Source: Nemertoderma westbladi
Lineage: Eukaryota > Animalia > Xenacoelomorpha
Assembly (NCBI GenBank): GCA_032718475.1
Contig: JAUCBJ010006611.1
Location: 2,669-66,668 of the forward strand
Length of the DNA: 64,000 nucleotides
Direction of reading: 5' to 3'
Shown one piece after another: positions 12,608 through 26,614 of the stretch. The notes beneath the pieces were generated by a model, which saw only the letters and a program-made list of their open reading frames with translations, had not been told where the DNA came from and did no database searches. The position numbers and the translations under genes are program-made. Positions within the stretch are counted from its first letter, which is position 1. Each line of letters starts with the position of its first letter.

Positions 12608-13686
12608 TACTTCTATTTATTTTACAGTTAAATATTAATTAAATCAGTTATAAAACCTTCAACATCCAAATAAATCCTACTAAATCCTAAATCAACTAAA
12701 TAATTTTTGGAAATTAATTACATTATATTAGTTCCAGTTATAATATTATAAATGTGCAAAAACGTAATGCAATACTGACATTACGCAGAAATGTATCAAT
12801 GTTTCTAAGAAACGTGTTTTAATACCGCAATGCACTGTACTGTGGACTGTCACTGAGCAGTCAACATAGCCAAATCAGATTTTACTATTTACACTACCAA
12901 CTAATACACATTAGCACATCTGCAAACAAGCTGTCTTACTACAATAATAATATAATAATAGGTAGACTATGCATTCTTCTACTATACTAAAAATGGATAG
13001 AGCAATGTTTACTCACAAACATAAGATTTTGTTCAAAGTACAAATTGTCAAACATCAATCAGTCACGAGACCCGGAAGTACGAATATGCTAGGAATTTGT
13101 ATTTCCCACCTTCACAGACAGACTATATCTATTTCTGTATTTCACCATTCCATCATTTATTATTACTGTCAGACTGTATAATATTACTGCCGTAGGCCTA
13201 CTGTCTGACTGTAATTAATCAGTTAATAGGCCTACTGTAATATCTGAATATGCTGTACAGCTGTATGGTATATGCTACGTCATGTTAGTCCAGTAGTCAA
13301 GGTGGTGTAATACTGTACTGCTGTATGTAGTACTAAACTGTACTATGAGTAGTGGAGTGGCCCTACATTTTCTATATTTATTATTATGGTAAATAACTGC
13401 AGAACTGTATCCAGGTATCTATTAACCTGTTAACTGTATCTAACCAGTTGCCTATTGGATTTCTTTTTTATTGTTTTTGTTAGAATAGCCTAACGTTCCA
13501 CTGTAACCTGATCTTTCCCCTTAATTGACAATTTAAAATTTAGCAGAGATATTAATTATTATTAACCCAGAATCTTCAGATCTTAATGACGAGTTTTACG
13601 GATGACCATTTACCCACAATCCCAATCCTCCTCTTAAGCTTAGCCTAATCAATCCTGGCACAATTGCGACGATTAGCCGGGCGTTT

Positions 13687-14240
13687 ATGGGCCTTAATCG
13701 TCACGAGTCCCCGATGGCGACGGGTCAGAAACGCACCGAAGATAATGACTTTAGCGTTGTCGGCGCAGACGACAAAAACTCGACACCAGTAAAATACCAA
13801 AAACTGAGCCAAACTGATCCCGTTCAAACACACACCCGGGCCCGGCAAAGGAATTACCCGGGAAGCGATATACTCCGAACTCCGGTGCCCGACGATAAAG
13901 TGCGCTGGAAGTGCGAATTCCAGGATTACCATCCTGTAGTTTACACGGCCCCGTCTGTAACTAAAGGACCTGTGTGGGCGGACCCCGAGATCAATGGTTC
14001 GGGTGAACCCACCAAAGGTCCCCGCTTCCAGTACCACGACTTGGACGGCAAGGTGGACCGCAGGAGTTTTACGGGGGACTACACGGTGGTCGGGGGTGTT
14101 CCCTTGAATCCCTGCGGTCGTACCGGTGTCCGCGGACGGGGTCTATTGGGTAGATGGGGACCCAATCATGCGGCCGATCCTATAGTAACCCGATGGAAGC
14201 GAGAGAACGGCAAAATCTTACTCGATAAATCCTCCAACAA
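13687..14240 (+). CDS. NUDT9: ADP-ribose pyrophosphatase NUDT9, exon 1 (start codon tentative)
   Basis: VPDDKVRW, WADP, PLNPCGRTGVRGRGLLGRWGPNHAADPIVTRW; donor AA|gtgagt at 14241. Confidence 0.9.
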
Positions 14241-14652
14241 GTGAGTTTTATTCGTGTTAACAATAATATTTTACAGTACCGGTAGGTATATACGGTGTTT
14301 AAATTGGATTATAATTTTCGGGATCAGGACCGGCATTGTATAATAAACTTATTTACTCAGTTACTACTGTATTTATTTTCTGACTTATGAATTTAATATA
14401 ATAAATTAATTTTAATACAAATGGCATTATCATTATTCAACAAATATGCTTAACTTAAAGAGATTCCAACAAAAAATTTTCACATTTTCTTCTATTGCTT
14501 TTTTTCGCCGGTAAAATGTAAAATAAACGCAATCCAATGGATTACTTTATATGTCTAAGTAAATAAGCACTCCTTTTCCTCCCAAAGCCAAATTATTTGT
14601 TTGTATTTATTGTATTCATTCTTATTACGGGGGTATCTCTGATTATTTCCAG

Positions 14653-15085
14653 ACCAATCCTTCAATTCGTCGCAATCCAACGCAAGGATAGCGGTGAATG
14701 GGCTATTCCCGGCGGAATGGTGGACCCCGGAGAGAAGATCAGTATAACGTTAGCGCGGGAGTTTGCGGAGGAAGCGTTGAACGCGTTGGAGAATGAGCCC
14801 AACAATAAGTTACAGGATTTGGTTAGAGAAGCTTTTAGTAAAGGAGTTGAGGTATACAAAGGATATGTTGACGACCCGAGGAATACCGACAACGCGTGGA
14901 TGGAAACTGTAGCGGTTAACTTCCATGACGACGAGGGTAACAGTCTCGGTAAGATACCGCTGGAGGCCGGAGACGACGCCAAGGCTGTACGATGGAAGGA
15001 TATAGCGGGTTCCATGGCTCTATATGCTAATCATATTGAATTTCTACAGGAAACCGCGGAAATGCATCTCGCTCACTTCAATTAA
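14653..15085 (+). CDS. NUDT9: ADP-ribose pyrophosphatase NUDT9, exon 2
   Basis: Acceptor ttccag|A, in frame (K-P-I-L-Q-F); Nudix box WAIPGGMVDPGE...REFAEEA; YVDDPRNTDNAWMET; AGDDA. Confidence 0.92.
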
Positions 15086-15888
15086 ACTACCGCGGTATGT
15101 AAATTTATCGTAGGAATTAAATACGTCGGCCCGCAGTCAATACGAACCGCTAGTTGGTCAAGCAGTGAGCCCCAACTAGAACAACGGTAAGGAACACCGA
15201 CCGATACATATCTTATATTTGGAGTTATGTTATATAATATTATTTATTTTAGGTAAATTTCAGTGAATTAGTTATTTATATTATTGAATTTTCGTAAAAC
15301 TTTTGTAATAAATAAAATAGTTTTATTTCGTTATTTATATTTTATTATATTCGGGGATGTTGCCACTCACCTGGAACAGTCAGGGAATCCATTTTTCTTC
15401 AAATGTCAGGGAATTCATGGAAAAATAGACAAATCGTGAAAAACTTAGGGAAGTTACAGGACGTGTTTCGTGTGAAAATGTGTGAAATGTATTATTACAA
15501 AAATACGTTATATCGGTACAAGATTACATTTTAATAACTAGGCCTAATAAAGGTGCTCTATAACTCGCTACTTCTCCTTTGTCAGATAAATTAATCTGCC
15601 AGTCTGTTGTTGTGGTAGTTTATCGATATCTTTATTATGATTCTGTCTAAGGCATGTTTAAGGTGACTATTACCCCTAATGAAAGTTACATTTTCGAAAA
15701 TATACAAAATTCTAAAAAAAAAAATGTTCATCAATTTTTGTAGTTTGATAGAAGGGCTTTCAGATGACATCGGTTTCCAGTTTTCACAATTGAGTGCTTT
15801 TTTCACCTCAGAACAGCACAGTTTCCAGTGTGGAATTCTTGTATTATTGTAATCTTGTAACATTATACCATGTAACACATACGAAAAG

Positions 15889-17698
15889 GATATCTAAATA
15901 TTATTAGAGTCTTACACCCCACTAACTACAAAAAATATAGAATAAAGACATTAACGCCCAGAAATAGTCTCTTTAGTAGATATCTAAATATTATTAGAGT
16001 CTTACACCCCACAAACTACAGAAAATATAGAATAAAGACAATAATGCCCAGAAATAGTCTCTTTAGTAGATATCTAAATATTATTAGAGTCTTACACCCC
16101 ACTAACTACAAAAAATATAGAATAAAGACATTAACGCCCAGAAATAGTCTCTTTAGTAGATATCTAAATATTATTAGAGTCTTACACCCCACTAACTACA
16201 AAAAATATAGAATAAAGACATTAATGCCCAGAAATAGTCTCTTTAGTAGATATCTAAATGTTATTAGAGTCTTACACCCCACAAACTACAAAAAATATAG
16301 AATAAAGACATTAATGCCCAGAAATAGTCTCTTTAGTAGATATCTAAATATTATTAGAGTCTTACACCCCACAAACTACAGAAAATATAGAAAAAAGACA
16401 ATAATGCCCAGAAATAGTCTCTTTAGTAGATATCTAAATATTATTAGAGTCTTACACCCCACTAACTACAAAAAATATAGAATAAAGACATTAACGCCCA
16501 GAAATAGTCTCTTTAGTAGATATCTAAATATTATTAGAGTCTTACACCCCACTAACTACAAAAAATATAGAATAAAGACATTAATGCCCATAAATAGTCT
16601 CTTTAGTAGATATCTAAATATTATTAGAGTCTTACACCCCACAAACTACAAAAAATATAGAATAAAGACATTAATGCCCAGAAATAGTCTCTTTAGTAGA
16701 TATCTAAATATTATTAGAGTCTTACACCCCACAAACTACAAAAAATATAGAATAAAGACATTAATGCGCAGAAATAGTCTCTTTAGTAGATATCTAAATA
16801 TTATTAGAGTCTTACACCCCACAAACTACAAAAAATATAGAATAAAGACATTAATGCCCAGAAATAGGTAGTCTCTTTAGTAGATATATAAATATTATTA
16901 GAGTCTTACACCCCACAAACTACAAAAAATATAGAATAAAGACATTAATGCCCATAAATAGTCTCTTTAGTAGATATCTAAATATTATTAGAGTCTTACA
17001 CCCCACAAACTACAAAAAATATAGAGTAAAGACATTAATGCCCAGAAATAGTCTTTTTAGTAGATATCTAAATATTATTAGAGTCTTACACCCCACAAAC
17101 TACAAAAAATATAGAATAAAGACATTAATGCCCAGAAATAGTCTCTTTAGTAGATATCTAAATATTATTAGAGTCTTACACCCCACAAACTACAAAAAAT
17201 ATAGAATAAAGACATTAATGCCCAGAAATAGGTAGTCTCTTTAGTAGATATATAAATATTATTAGAGTCTTACACCCCACAAACTACAAAAAATATAGAA
17301 TAAAGACATTAATGCCCATAAATAGTCTCTTTAGTAGATATCTAAATATTATTAGAGTCTTACACCCCACTAACTACAAAAAATATAGAATAAAGACATT
17401 AATGCCCAGAAATAGTCTCTTTAGTAGATATCTAAATATTATTAGAGTCTTACACCCCACTAACTACAAAAAATATAGAATAAAGACAATAATGCCCAGA
17501 AATAGTCTCTTTAGTAGATATCTAAATATTATTAGAGTCTTACACCCCACAAACTACAAAAAATATAGAATAAAGACATTAACGCCCAGAAATAGTCTCT
17601 TTAGTAGATATCTAAATATTATTAGAGTCTTACACCCCACAAACTACAGAAAATATAGAATAAAGACATTAATGCCCAGAAATAGTCTCTTTAGTAGA
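15889..17698. repeat. 90-bp tandem satellite (~20 units)
   Basis: Near-identical units gatatctaaatattattagagtcttacacccc...gtctctttagta; GGTA insertions at ~16867 and ~17231. Confidence 0.97.
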
Positions 17699-18742
17699 CC
17701 GGTTTTGGTTTATTAGTTTAACAAGCCCCAGTGCCGGATTAAGCCTCTGGTGGCCCTAAGGCGCATTTTAGTAATTTCCTAAAATGGTCCGAAAATTGAT
17801 ATTTTTCCGCAAACCCTTTCAAAAGAAAACGCTGCTAAAAACAACTGACATTGTGAAAATGTTGCGAAGGAAATATAAAGTATTTTCGTTGGATGACTGC
17901 GTGCAAATACTGAAATAACTTGCAAATACTGCAAGTACTAAGTACTTTAATAATAAGTACTTTGCAAAAATAGTTTTTATCAACAACATTACGTAACATT
18001 ACTAAACGGAATATTATGCTATGCCTATAAAACCTTTGCTATAAAAAGACATTAACGCCCAGAAATAGTCTCTTTAGTAGATATCTAAATATTATTAGAG
18101 TCTTACACCCCACAAACTACAGAAAATATAGAATAAAGACATTAATGCCCAGAAATAGTCTCTTTAGTAGACCGGTTTTGGTTTATTAGTTTAACAAGCC
18201 CCAGTGCCGGATTAAGCCTCTGGTGGCCCTAAGGCGCATTTTAGTAATTTCCTAAAATGGTCCGAAAATTGATATTTTTCCGCAAACCCTTTCAAAAGAA
18301 AACGCTGCTAAAAACAACTGAAATTGTGAAAATGTTGCGAAGGAAATATAAAGTATTTTCGTTGGATGACTGCGTGCAAATACTGAAATAACTTGCAAAT
18401 ACTGCAAGTACTACGTACTTTAATAATAAGTACTTTGCAAAAATAGTTTTTATCAACAACATTACGTAACATTACTAAACGGAATATTATGCTATGCCTA
18501 TAAAACCTTTGCTATAAAAAGACATTAACGCCCAGAAATAGTCTCTTTAGTAGATATCTAAATATTATTAGAGTCTTACACCCCACAAACTACAGAAAAT
18601 ATAGAATAAAGACATTAATGCCCAGAAATAGTCTCTTTAGTAGACCGGTTTTGGTTTATTAGTTTAACAAGCCCCAGTGCCGGATTAAGCCTCTGGTGGC
18701 CCTAAGGCGCATTTTAGTAATTTCCTAAAATGGTCCGAAAAT
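17572..18742. repeat. 473-bp tandem units; the third copy is split by the LTR element and resumes at 37108-37363
   Basis: accggttttggtttattag recurs at 17698, 18171 and 18644. Confidence 0.9.
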
Positions 18743-19935
18743 TGTAAAAGCTTTTGCGGATATACTCAGTCCCCCTCGCCCGCAAGGTACCGTTATAGGT
18801 GTTTTAACGGACATAAAAGTGATTCTTCTATATACGTGCTTTGGCGGACATGGTAAGGCAAAAAACCCGCAATGCACCAAATACCCTGGCACAGCTTAGC
18901 CTTGATGATTCAGATTACGACATCTAACAGCTGGTTGCTGACATGGAAACGGCCATTGGACACATGGTTCTTTGTTTAGCTTAACAGCCAATCAGAGCGA
19001 TTTTTTCTGTCGATGTGGAGATATTTTGGCAGATCATGCTAGGAGTGTTCAGTCTTACTTTTTTTTCTTGATACTGTTGTGTTGTTTCTATCTAGGCCAG
19101 GAACACCGGCTCTAGAGTCAATTCGTTTCAGACTTTAGAAGAAACATTAGTAGGCTTAAGATTATAGAGCGTATAACTGTTAACATAACAACTCGGCTCA
19201 ATCGGCACATACATTGTCATATCATATCTTAACCTACCGTCTTAATGCTTTTACTGTTGTTATTATTTTGTATCAGTTGGTTGAATATTATTTGGAGAAC
19301 ATCTATAAAGAACCCAAATTTCCCAATTTTCTTGATACACTACAGGTTAGAGAGACAGGTTACATATAGCGATTGCGACTTATATTATTGTGGTTTGTAG
19401 TGAATTTAATGCTATTTGATAAGCACTACATGAGTCAGTTGCTGTTCTCTTTATATATGATAAAATTCATTGACGGTCGGCAAATTAGTGAGCAGTATTG
19501 TGTGTTACCGGTAGTGTGCATGATTGTGACTGATAACTAAGCATTTCCTAAAGAATGCGCCGCATACGTGAATCATAAGCCTTACCGACTTACCGTTGTG
19601 ATTAGTATAAGTCATATCTCTATTTACCTAGATAGAGCGCCACGTCCTAAAGGAACTGTTAATATTTCCCGAAAGTGAATAATATTGGTCAGAAATTATT
19701 TATTAACGATCAATCGAATAATACAGTAAGCTTACACTGCAATAATAATCTAAGCCCTCAGAATCCAGTCTCCCGGGTATATCCAGCGGGTGAATGGACG
19801 CGCACTAGGCTGGCTTCTGCTAATGTTGTGTTTATTGGTATTAAATATTTGTCAATTTCTAAAGTCTATTTATAAACCAAAAGACATATAAATTTTGGCA
19901 GGTTAAACTGCTAAAGGTCTTCAAAAGCGTGTACA
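18743..19935 (+). repeat. 5' LTR (1193 bp)
   Basis: TGTAAAAG...GTACA; about 8 substitutions versus the 3' LTR, counted by eye. Confidence 0.96.
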
Positions 19936-22170
19936 ATAACAGTTATTGTCTTTATTGCAGTAAGCAATAAAGTTGAAAGTACCGGTCGACCGGTAAACCT
20001 GAACCGGTACTTCTGTAGGTCAGTAGGTCCAACTGCCAGAACCGGTACTGCTGTAGGTCCGTAGGTCCAACTGCCAGAACCGGTACTTCTGTAGGTCCGT
20101 AGGCCCAACTGTCCTAACCGGTACTTCCAGTATAAGTACATTAGTATTATTCGATTTGATTATTGTATACCGGTAGGTCTCGATATTAAATCGGGGACGC
20201 CTGGTTTTTATTGGGATTTTACTTAGGTCTATTTCTGTCAGTTTTATTTCCTAGTAAGTTAATATTGAGCTGAAGACGTGTAAGTCTGCTCAGATTGTTC
20301 AGATAACTGTAGGCCGGACTGTTGTCGGATTGTTGTTGGGTTTGGAGAGATTGCGGCGTGTGTAGAGTTTGTCCGATAGAGTGCCAGTTAGTAAGTTGGG
20401 GCAGCCATAGCTGTAAGGTCAATCCCCTCTTAAAGAATAAGTCGTACTACCGTGTTAGAACGCATACTAACTAACCATTTTGGAATCTGCACATACTGTA
20501 GTTTATTTAGGCTTGACAGTATTCTGCCAACGTTTTGGCCTGTGTTTGTTTGTGTGGTCTGTTCAGGTACCGTAATAGTTATTACTCAGATATTTTGTAG
20601 GCTGGATTGTTGTCTAGCTATTATTAGGTCTGAAGAGATTGCTGCGTGTGTAGAGTTTGTCTGATAAAGTGCCAGTTAGTAAGTTGGGGCAGCCATAGCT
20701 GTAAGGTCAATCCCCTCTTAAAGAATAAGTCGTACTACCGTGTTAGAACGCATACTAACTAACCATTTCGGAATCTACACGTACGGTAGTTTATTTAGGC
20801 TTGGTGGTAGTCTGTCAGCGTTTGGTTTGTATTTTGTTTGAGTATTCTGTACGGGTAGCGTAATATTTATTATTCAGAGTTTATGCGATTATTCGCAACA
20901 TTCATGTCCCCAAGTTTATTCCTACAGTAATTGTGCTTGTTACACATACCGTTATAGTTAAATTAACCCCGGTACTACACGGGCTGCTTGGCGTAGGAAA
21001 AGACTGGTGACTTTGTGCTTCGGTCACTCCAGCAGATGCCGTGGTTCTTTTAACTGTTCAAGTATATTTAACTACTGATTATTTGTTGTACCAGTACTTG
21101 TACCTAATTTAGGGTTTAGTGTACAGTGCTTTCCGAAAGTAATTAGTGTGTAGGCAGTATATTTGTGTTGTAAAGTGGTTAATAGGCACGTTGGATCTGG
21201 TAGTCCGCGGTAATTAACTTCCAGGTAGGAACACTCCGTGATACATAACGTAGTACCTATAGCGATACGGCTATAGGTCGTCAGGCGGTGGTATTTTCCT
21301 ATCTGGACAGTGCAATATATTTACTACTACTTATTATTTTCAAATACCGTAGTACCCTGTCCGTCGTAATAACCAGAAATCTAACCATTTGTTAGACTGG
21401 TTGGTAGACTTCCTGTAAAATTACCCTAAAATTTCGTACGTAATATTTTTGTTGTGTTTAATTAGAGATTTAATCTCACCCGTATCGTAAGTAATTTGTA
21501 GTATTAAGTAACTTAGGTAAATTAGAATAATCTGTTTTAGTGTCCCATAAGTAGCACTCCACTGAGAGCGTACAGCTTCTGTGTAGTGACTCCCCCAGAA
21601 ATAATAACATTTATTTCAAATATTGACAAAACCCCTTTTAAACGGGTATATAAATATTATAAATCAACTCAAACGATTTATAAATAGTAGGCCTGCCATA
21701 CAACAACTAGGTCTTAATATCAGTTGGACTACTGCTTAAATAACGGTAACAAAGTAAGTTAAAGTAACCAAGTAACCCTAAAATATTCAGAAATTCAATT
21801 ATTCTAAAATAATTGACATACCGGTATTTACCATAGGCTTATTATATTTATTTCTATAAATTTGAGCTGAAATCATACCGGTATTCTGTAATTAATTCTA
21901 GTTCATAATTATACTTATATATACTATAAGTGTAAGCTGTATACCGGTATTCACGATAGGCCTATTATATATTTATATATATTTGTGCTAAATTTATATA
22001 CCGGTACTCTGTGACAAAACTAGTTTACAATACTTATATATATTATAAGTGTATACCGGTATTCTAATATACTGCAATAAATTACCGGTACTAGGCCAAC
22101 GGTCATACTGAATTAATAGACTTGCTTTAACTGTAACTATAGCTGTAGACATTCAACTGTATAGCTAAAC

Positions 22171-25100
22171 ATGTCTGACACCCAGCAAAACCTGTCAGAC
22201 AGTCTAATCGATACAACCATCTGTGACACAGATAGGAGTGTGGAGCGATTAAGAAAGGAGTTCAGCTCACCTCCTACTGAAAGAAAGGTCATCCCTCCAG
22301 TAGTAGTATCCGACCCTAAGCTAATCCAACACCGTAGGTCTATCATCGGCACTCTGGCCCAAGTCAAACGGAACCAGGAAGCAGCTGTCCAACAGCAGCA
22401 ACATCCTAGTCAAGAAACTTGTTCCCAGCGATCAGATAGCTCCAGTAGTTCGGATACTGTAGAGCTGACCCCCGAACGCGGATTGCAGATGGCGGCTACA
22501 GCCTACTCGGATCCCCTTCTCACCCTTCCTGCCGCAGTACTAACTACTATATTGATTGCGGTGGAGGAACATCAAGCCGATTGGGCGAGAAGTAAAAGAG
22601 TGACCCAAGATAATTATGCGGGATACGCCAGGGAAGAATTGGTGTCTATTGTCGAGTCACAATGGAACTTTCCCGGACCCGGACTCCCGTTAGATTTGTC
22701 CGAAGCTACTTGGGAAGATATACACAGGATGGGAGTGGCTAAAGATACGATGGATCCAGCTGTTTGGAAGAGGTCGGCAGCAGGATATTGTGCAGGGATT
22801 CTTCGGCTCCTTAGAGCAATTGGAAGAACAATTGTTTCGACAACCCCAAGGACCTCAAGAGCAGGAGGAGCTGCTTTATCAAGTACGCGAAAGAACCCTA
22901 CGTATTAGACTAATCCTATCAGCCTTTGAGGAAACTTCCAAAAGAAGACAGGACACGTCGCTGCAGGTCACTGTCAAGACTTGGTTCCAGCGGGTAGGTC
23001 TCAAAGTGCAAGAAACGGCCCAGTGGAAATCCCAGCTGGCTGAGAGACCAACCTATGAAGAACCAACCGATGCCACCCTTTCTCAAATGGAAAGCGAAGA
23101 AACACCAGCAGAGAAGCCGCCCTCGAGAGACGCCATAGACATCTATCTGTCAGACTATCAACGATTCCTAGGAGACGAAGAGTTGAGGAGACGACTGTCG
23201 GGACTTCGCCCTAATAGTGAAGGAACCAAGCTTGTGTTGGACGCAATCGATGCGGAAATGTTAGCTGCAAACCAAGCTGAATTTGATGAAAAACTCCGCC
23301 TCACTAGAGTCCAAGAAGAACAAGTAAAGAAAAAACGGATAGAGGACCGAAAGGCAGCAGCAGTAACGGCGGCAGAAGCAGAAGCAGCAAAGGCAGCAGC
23401 AGAAGCAGCAAAGGCAGCGGCAGCAGCAGAAGCAGAAAGAAAGGCAGCGGTGGCAGAAGCAGAACTGAGAGCGTCTGAGGAGACTACCCAACTAGAGTTG
23501 GAAAATCTGCAAGAGACGCAAGACAACATAAATAAACAGTTAACTGCTAGTCACATGCAGATGATGAGAAGATCTACTCCCAAACGCCAGGGATATACAT
23601 CATCGGAGGAAAGCGAAACCACCGATCCTGAAGGCGGAGGAAATAGATCTCGTCTAAGCAGGCGTAGAAAAACATCTTACCGTCACAAATTGCCTGATTT
23701 GCCCCCAGCTGTTAGAAGACAACTAGCTAGCACAGACTTAAGTAGTATAGAACCTACAGACCAAATTATTAAGGTCAAAAAACTCCCTACTATAGTTGAT
23801 GAGCCTGAAATAATTAGGCCTGTCGTTCCCAAAGTCACTCCTGTGCTAGAGACCCCTGTACTTCCAGAGCTTAACTCTAAATTCCCTTTACACAGTACTA
23901 CACTGCCTGTACCCGGTAGAACAGTCCATGAGAATATCCCTGTCCTGGAAGCTGAGAGAGAAATCAAAGATTTGTCTCCTGTCGTCCCGCGTCAGCCCGC
24001 TACAATGTTGGCGACTCCCGCTTCGGCGGTCGAGTGGGTAGAGGAGGGACGGCGGGGGATGAATCTCCTGCTCGGACAGATGCAGGAGACTGTCCACCAA
24101 CTTAAGGGAACCGTAAGGGAAGGTAGGGCAGAATTGCAAGAAGTGCAGCAAAGTATCGCGCTAGAACGCGACAAATTAGTCAATATACAAAATGGTATAC
24201 CAATACCCCCTGTAAAATTGTGTCAACCTGTTAGGTCTGAAGTATTACATGCGCAAGGTGTGGAGCCTACACGCATCTATACTGCTAGTGAAGTAGAAAC
24301 TCCTATAGCAAACCCTATTAAGGGTGATTATAGACCTGTTGTTAATGATATTCCCTATAGACCTGATAATGATCCAAGAAATTTATATACCGATAATTCG
24401 ATATTAAATAACACGATGGCCCAAGAAAGCTTTACGCGTCAGATGGCTAGAACAGAAGCCCGCCAAGCGGTCAAAGTGGGAGAGATCGTCAAATTCAATG
24501 GAGATGAGATGAAATGGTTACCTTTCAACGAATATTACAAAGACAGCATACAGAACTCTGTGCTATCTAACGGAGAGAAACTTAGGTTCCTCATCAAGTG
24601 CTTGGAAGGACCTCCCAAGTTAATGGCGTTAAAGTTTATTGGACATCCAGAAGGATTAAGACAAGTTTGGGATACATTAAACATCAGGTATGGTAACAAG
24701 GATAACATAGCTAAGTATTTGTATGCAAAATTAGTAGCCCCCCGAAACTTCCTTAGTAGCGGGATTATAGAGTTTTCCGATGAGATTCAAGAGATCTGTA
24801 GACAATTGGACTGGTTAGGTAAGTCTCATGAATATCAGAGTTCCATGGTTATTGGAGCAGTAGTCTCTACTTTACCAAAGGGTGGAGTATGTACGCGCTG
24901 GGACAAGAAAGTGTTGTATATGAATGAACAGCAACGACGAAGCCCTACCATGGCTGATCTCATGTCCTTCTTAGATGGTGAAGTAAAACTACAACTCATC
25001 AAGCAGTCCAGAGAAAAAACATCGGAAAATAAGGTAAGTGAGAAACCCGCTTCTAGGAGAAGAGTAACACCGGTGTGTTACACTGACGACGGCGAAAGCC

Positions 25101-26614
25101 AAGCTTCTCAAGACGAGGACAGCGGGAAAGACACTGATCGATCTTACTACGTTGACAAAACCTCAAAAGACGTAAGTAAATACAAGGCTCGAAACAACGA
25201 TAGGAGAGAACAGGTTGCCAAGACCCCTCCTCAGTCTCCTAACAGAATGCACCGAAGAAAGCCCGAAGAAAGAACGAGAGTGCATCAGGTTACCCAAGGT
25301 AAAGTGAGTAACATAAAACCTAACTGTGCGCTGTGCGACGGGACCCACCGTTTGAGTGCGTGTGCTGAATTTCTAAAGAAATCCCTTGTGGACAGACGTG
25401 CAGTCGTGTGGGATAAGCGGTTATGCTATAATTGCCTCAGACCAGGACACCAACGGCGAACCTGTTACTCCGACGTAAGGTGTGCAAAGTGTAGCGCGAA
25501 ACATCACATCTTGTTACACAGTGAGTTCGAACGAGACAACCCGAGTCAGGTAAGTGAGCCCGAACTACATGTCCAATTCAGTGATGTAAATGACACTGAT
25601 CAAGAATCTGAGATGGAAGGATTCTATACTGACGAATTTTCCGACGCCAACGAATCCTGTTATCTAATCAATACCGCAGTGTATCGAGCACTTACTTATG
25701 AAAAGGACACCAACAATGAGTTTCCCCCAACTACGTTTGCCAGACAACCATCTTGGAAAGCTCCAACTTCCAACGTAGGAATCAGAGAATTTCCTGTAGT
25801 GCAGGTAAGAGTTCACAGTCCTAACAAAAGTTACATAGTGAACGCACTCCTTGACTCCGGCAGCACAGGAACATTCATCGATCAAGAACTAGCCGAAGAT
25901 ATCTTTGCTGGACAACCCAAATTCCGGACTAAATTGAATATGTCAGGAATTATGCAGGTTTGGAAATCTACCCTAACGGCAGATTACTATGTAGGTGTGT
26001 TGTCCACCCCCCAGGATAAATTAGGAGCACAAGGTATAAGGTCGGTAAAAATGGTGGCTATAAAGAACTTCGCTTCTACTCAAGCAGACCTTTATAATTG
26101 GGACGAGGATGAGAGCATCCAACATCTTAAGATACCTCGATTCCAGACAGATTATCCTGGAGTGCAAATACTCATCGGCCAGAACGCGCATGAGGCGCTC
26201 GAGACATTGGAGAAACGGCCTGCTCAACCGCAGCCACTGCAAACCTATGCGGTAAGAACTAGAGTAGGTTGGTACTTTACTGGCCCTTCCCGCAAAACTC
26301 TCGAAGAGAGAATGCCACAAGAACGAATATACCAAGTAAACGATTGGGAAGTGGAGAGCAGTGAGGTGGACGAACTAACTGAGGTAACACCATACTCCTC
26401 AGATAATGACGACATCTACCAACTCTTCGATGAAGAGAACACAATCGACCTACTTACAGAAAACAAAACTTGGAAAAATCAGGTGAACCTATGTCAATTG
26501 ATTCGCCCATCGGAACCCATTGACTACAATGACGAACTAAATGATGAGATAGAGCGCTGCAACGCTAGAACTCGGGACGAACTCGCCGACGATTCTTTAC
26601 TCAAGAACTGGTAG
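22171..26614 (+). CDS. Bel/Pao Gag-protease (frameshift near 22790)
   Basis: KFNGDEMKW...EKLRFLIKCLEG (DUF1759-like); three knuckles CALCDGTHRLSAC / CYNCLRPGHQRRTC / CAKCSAKHHILLH; aspartic protease ALLDSGS. Confidence 0.88.

Noticed and set aside
14597-14652. Hydrophobic N-terminus of the 162-aa ORF as a signal peptide
   Set aside because: Intron sequence upstream of the NUDT9 acceptor.
16044-17716. ORFs of 30-aa repeats
   Set aside because: By-product of a 90-bp unit lacking stops in one frame; broken by 4-bp insertions.
19675-19875. 66-aa ORF repeated at 36847
   Set aside because: Lies within the LTRs, has a GTG start and no motif.
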